Source of the DNA: Octopus vulgaris
Lineage: Eukaryota
Length of the DNA stretch: 64,000 nt
Assembly (NCBI GenBank): GCA_951406725.2
Contig: OX597817.1
Span: 56,544,001 to 56,608,000, forward strand
Reading direction: 5' to 3'
A program made the translations under genes and the position numbers. The number at the start of each line of letters is the position of its first letter. Position 1 is the stretch's first letter. Below, piece by piece: positions 60,204 to 64,000 of the stretch. The notes beneath the pieces were generated by a model. It ran no database searches and was not told where the DNA came from. It was given only the letters and a program-made list of their open reading frames with translations.

Positions 60204-63200
60204 AAGAAGAAGAAGAAGAAGAAGAAGAAGAAGAAGAAGAAGAAGAAGAAGAAGAAGAAGAAGAAGAAGAAGAAGAAGAAAACTACGACGACGACAGCGA
60301 TGACGATGATGATGATGATGATGATGATGATGAAGAGCAACGACAATAGCAACGACGTAATAACTGATATACTAAATTTCCTTTTTCATAGTAAGGGTAA
60401 TTTCTAGGTTTGTTATAAAAGCTATAGCTTACAGTTTCCGTAATCATAAAACGTTATTTGTGAATTAATTAATGCGCTGCTTTGCGCTGTTATGCAAATT
60501 GGACACGCCAGTTTTGTGTGCCTTGAGTTTGAATACATAGAAGTAAAACCACAGCCGTCACTCGCAAACGAGAATAGCACGACGTAATATGTTGACATGG
60601 TAACAAGTTCTATGCTTTCGCTAATTGTTTTGGATAGCGCTATATAGCAGTCAGTAGCCACAGGGACTCTCGCGACGCTCTTAGTGTTGACCCAGGTGGA
60701 CATCGAGGGTGCGATAGCTTGAGGAAGAGAATGCTGCATTAGCACCATGTGGATATTTTTTATTATCCTGGACTGGGATAATGTAAAATGAAATGTCTAG
60801 TTCAAGACTGCAACGTTCGGCCCTCTCCCGGATTCGAACCCACGATCTTACGATTGTGAACTCAGCTCACTGAATACTTGGTCCCATGTCTTCATAATAC
60901 GTTAAGAATAGCTATATGTAACTAAGCTGTTTGTGAACAGAATATGAGTAAATGAAGATCTAAGGAAGGTGGTTATTGCTGGAAGCATCGTTACGGTACT
61001 GGACAAAATGCTTAGCAGCGTTTCTTCCAATTCTACGCTCTGGGTTCAAATGCCACGACGGTAGGCTTTGCTTTTCACCTTTCCGAGTCGATAAAATAAG
61101 AACCTGATGAGCACAAGGGTCGATATAATCGATTTGCCCACTCCCACATAACTGCTGGCCTTGTGACATAATTTGAAACCAGCGAGAGCTAAACTCGACC
61201 TCATTGGTCTCAAACTTTTCCGTCCATGGTGGCGGCGGCGATGGTAGCGATGGCGTCCGCGATGGTGTTGATGGCAGCCGCGATAGTGGTGGTGACGGCC
61301 GCGATGGTGGTGCTGGTAATTTTGATGGTGACATATGCGTTTCTATGTGTGTATGTGTGTGTTAGCTGGTATACGATAGTACGAGTGATGGTGGTGTGTG
61401 TGCATGTATGTGTGTGTATACTACTGTTGTGTGTGTGATGGTATGTGGTAATGGCGGTGGTGGTGGTGGTGGTGGTGGTGGTGGTTGTGTCTGTTGGTAT
61501 GTGGTAAAGCAGTTGTGTGCGTGCGTGTGTATGTGTATGTGCATGTGTGTATATGTGTGTGCATGTGTGTGAATGTATGTGTATGCGTTTGTATGTGTAT
61601 GCCTGTGCGTATATATGTGTGTGTGTGTGTGTGCGTTTGTATGTGTATGCCTGTGCGTATATGTGTGTATGTGTGTATGTGTGTATGTATGTGTGTGTAT
61701 GTGTGTGTATGTGTGTGTGTGTGTTAGTATGTAATGGAATTGGTGGTCTTGTGTTGTCGCTAGTAAACGAAGGTGTTTGTGATGTGTGGTTGCAGCGCCG
61801 CTGACGCGCGATGACAGATGAAAGAGTGCGGGAGGAGAGGGGAGAGGAAAGCAGGTGAATGGTGGTAGGAGCATTGATGACGTCACTGCTTGTGTTGTCG
61901 CTTTTTCTGCTGGCGTTGTCAATGACAACTACTGTCACGCACCGAACAGTTGACGACAAAGACGAAGAAAGAAACAAAGAAACAAAGAAACAAACAAACA
62001 AACAAACAAACAAATAAAGAGAGAAAGAAAGAGAGAAAGAAAGAAAGAAGGAAAGAAAGAAAGGGAGAAAGAAAGAAAGAAAAAGAGAGAGAAAGTAAGA
62101 GAGAAAGAAAGAAAGAGAGAAAGAAAGAAAGAGAGAAAGAAAGAAACAAACAAACACATGAAGAAAACGGCGGTGATAATGATGATGAGGAGGAGGAGGA
62201 GGAAGGAAGGAAGAAATAGAGAAAGAAGTAGAATAAAAGGAGGTGGAAGAAAGAAGTGGAGGAGGGGGAGGAAGAAGAAGAAGAAGAAGAAGAAGAAGAA
62301 GAAGAAGAGCTGGAGGAAGATGTAGAGGAAGAAGTGGAGGAGGAAGAGGAGGCGTAGGAGGGGTAGGAGGAGCAAGAAGGAAGACGAGGCGGAAGAAGGT
62401 GGGGGTGCGTTGGTGGTTTTGGTGGTAATGGTGGCGGTGGCGGTGGTGATGGTAGTGATGGCAACAGTGGTGGTAATGGTGGTGTGGTGGTGGTGATGAT
62501 GTTGATGAAATGGAAAAGATACATCAAGAGTCACATTGTGTGAGTCTAAAAGAACTAATCGAAACTAATTTAGAGTTAATTAGTTTAATTAAATAGACAT
62601 TGACCTCTTAGCCCTAGGTCAACCCTGATTGCACTTGAAAGTCATCCTTGCCATGACCACTTCAAATTTTCTCTTGAGATATAGTGTATCGAGGACTATA
62701 CTACCTAATATGTCTTACGTTTCTTAAGTTTATATATTTGACTGCTATTTCTAGCCAAAGGAACTCCGACCACATAGCGGCTTAATCTCGCCAGGAATAT
62801 TAAACCAAATGTACGCCATTTTATTATTGTTCGTGTCCTCTTGCAGGAATTGATCTCATAACTTTCCTCATAACATCCTAACAATTTCCGCAATATATTA
62901 CAAGCAAACCAATGAGAGACACTTTGTTATCACGTGCCCACATACCGCCCTAATCTCCCTCAAACCACACCCTGTATATTCCATAGTTGGCTTCTATGGT
63001 TACCTTGCATTCTGTATATTGTGGTTAATGCTTTTGTTGTTGTTGATTTGGCCGTTGTCTTGTACTTATTGTTTTATCCCAAGGTGAATCTTGATTGAGC
63101 AAATCTCTTATCAAAGTTATTCATTCCATCTGTGACAAATCCATCGTTTTTCTGGCCACAACGTATCCAGAAGTAGAGTGAATCCAAATGTGCTTTTTGA

Positions 63201-64000
63201 ATCAGCATATAAACTTCAGAATCATAGAGATAACTTGCCTCGAATAAACTACAGCTTACATAGAAGGACACTCCGCATTAGCCCTCGCCATTCCTGCTGA
63301 CTCTGTCTACCTGAGAAGCTGTACATACTGAAAGATCACACTGAATTCTTTAACAGGAAAACAGAAAAAGAATAACTTTCACACTGCTGTCAATAATAGT
63401 GCTCCAGACTAGTTCATTTTCAGCCATCAATTGATCACACAGCCTCATGATATTTACCGGAGCTTTATTGAAATTAGCTTGCCATATCTAATGTATCATT
63501 GTATACGACTCCTGCCTATTGCATCAGAATCAAGAACTAATCACCAAGTCAGAAAATTACTATTTGTAAATCTCACAACGTGAGATATTCAGCAACAGCA
63601 CTTTGGAGTAAAGATTGTTTGCCAACATAACATGTTGCTGTAATTTAGCCGCAGAAGAGGAAGAATATCCGTTACCCGTGTTATCCCCGCGCATTGGTGT
63701 GCAGGAACACTATGCTCGTGGAGCACAGGTAACAACAGGATAAACAAATTATTTGTATCAGGAAACAAGTAAAAATAATCAGATTTCTTACGTCACCCAT
63801 TTGTTATGTCATGCTTTGTATTAAAAAATAAGCCATAAATGGGGGCCAATCGATGTGTTTGCTAATCTGAGGTTTCCTCCATTTTCCTAGGGCTAAATGA
63901 CAGTAGCATTCTTCCCTTTCATGGGACTGTCGTATTAAGTTGACAACATACCACCACTTTATCGTGTTACTACTGTATAAATCTCTCTGAGGGATTTAGA

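Noticed and set aside
60815-60895. tRNA-like sequence on the minus strand (B box gggttcgaatcc), and SINE heads generally
   Set aside because: No complete cloverleaf; these are SINE-derived rather than tRNA genes.
63070-63760. Complex sequence that may be a decayed coding region
   Set aside because: No sustained ORF or motif that I could identify.

Overview
AT-rich, microsatellite-saturated eukaryotic intergenic or intronic DNA with no recognisable host gene. The SINE families suggest an octopus (coleoid cephalopod) genome; this is an inference from remembered repeat families, not a database result. Nearly all entries in the ORF track are translations of simple repeats ((TA)n, (CA)n, (TACA)n, (GATA)n, trinucleotides). 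The real coding remnants are all from retroelements: a 5'-truncated Tx1/L1-clade LINE with a tandem short copy inside (GATA)n, R4/Dong-like RLE LINE pieces inside (TACA)n, a CR1-like LINE 3' end, and three Penelope-like (GIY-YIG) fragments. At least three tRNA-derived SINE families occur in many copies. The most striking signal is about a dozen minimal type-I hammerhead ribozyme motifs from several families, whose stem III differs in sequence but stays palindromic. They include motifs downstream of Penelope fragments, a tRNA-headed SINE-like family carrying a hammerhead, and a retrozyme-like unit bounded by two hammerheads. A separate permuted motif, GAAA-N25-CTGAWGA, has exactly the same spacing in five copies. 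Several long fold-back palindromes are also present. All structures were folded by eye and no activity is shown.
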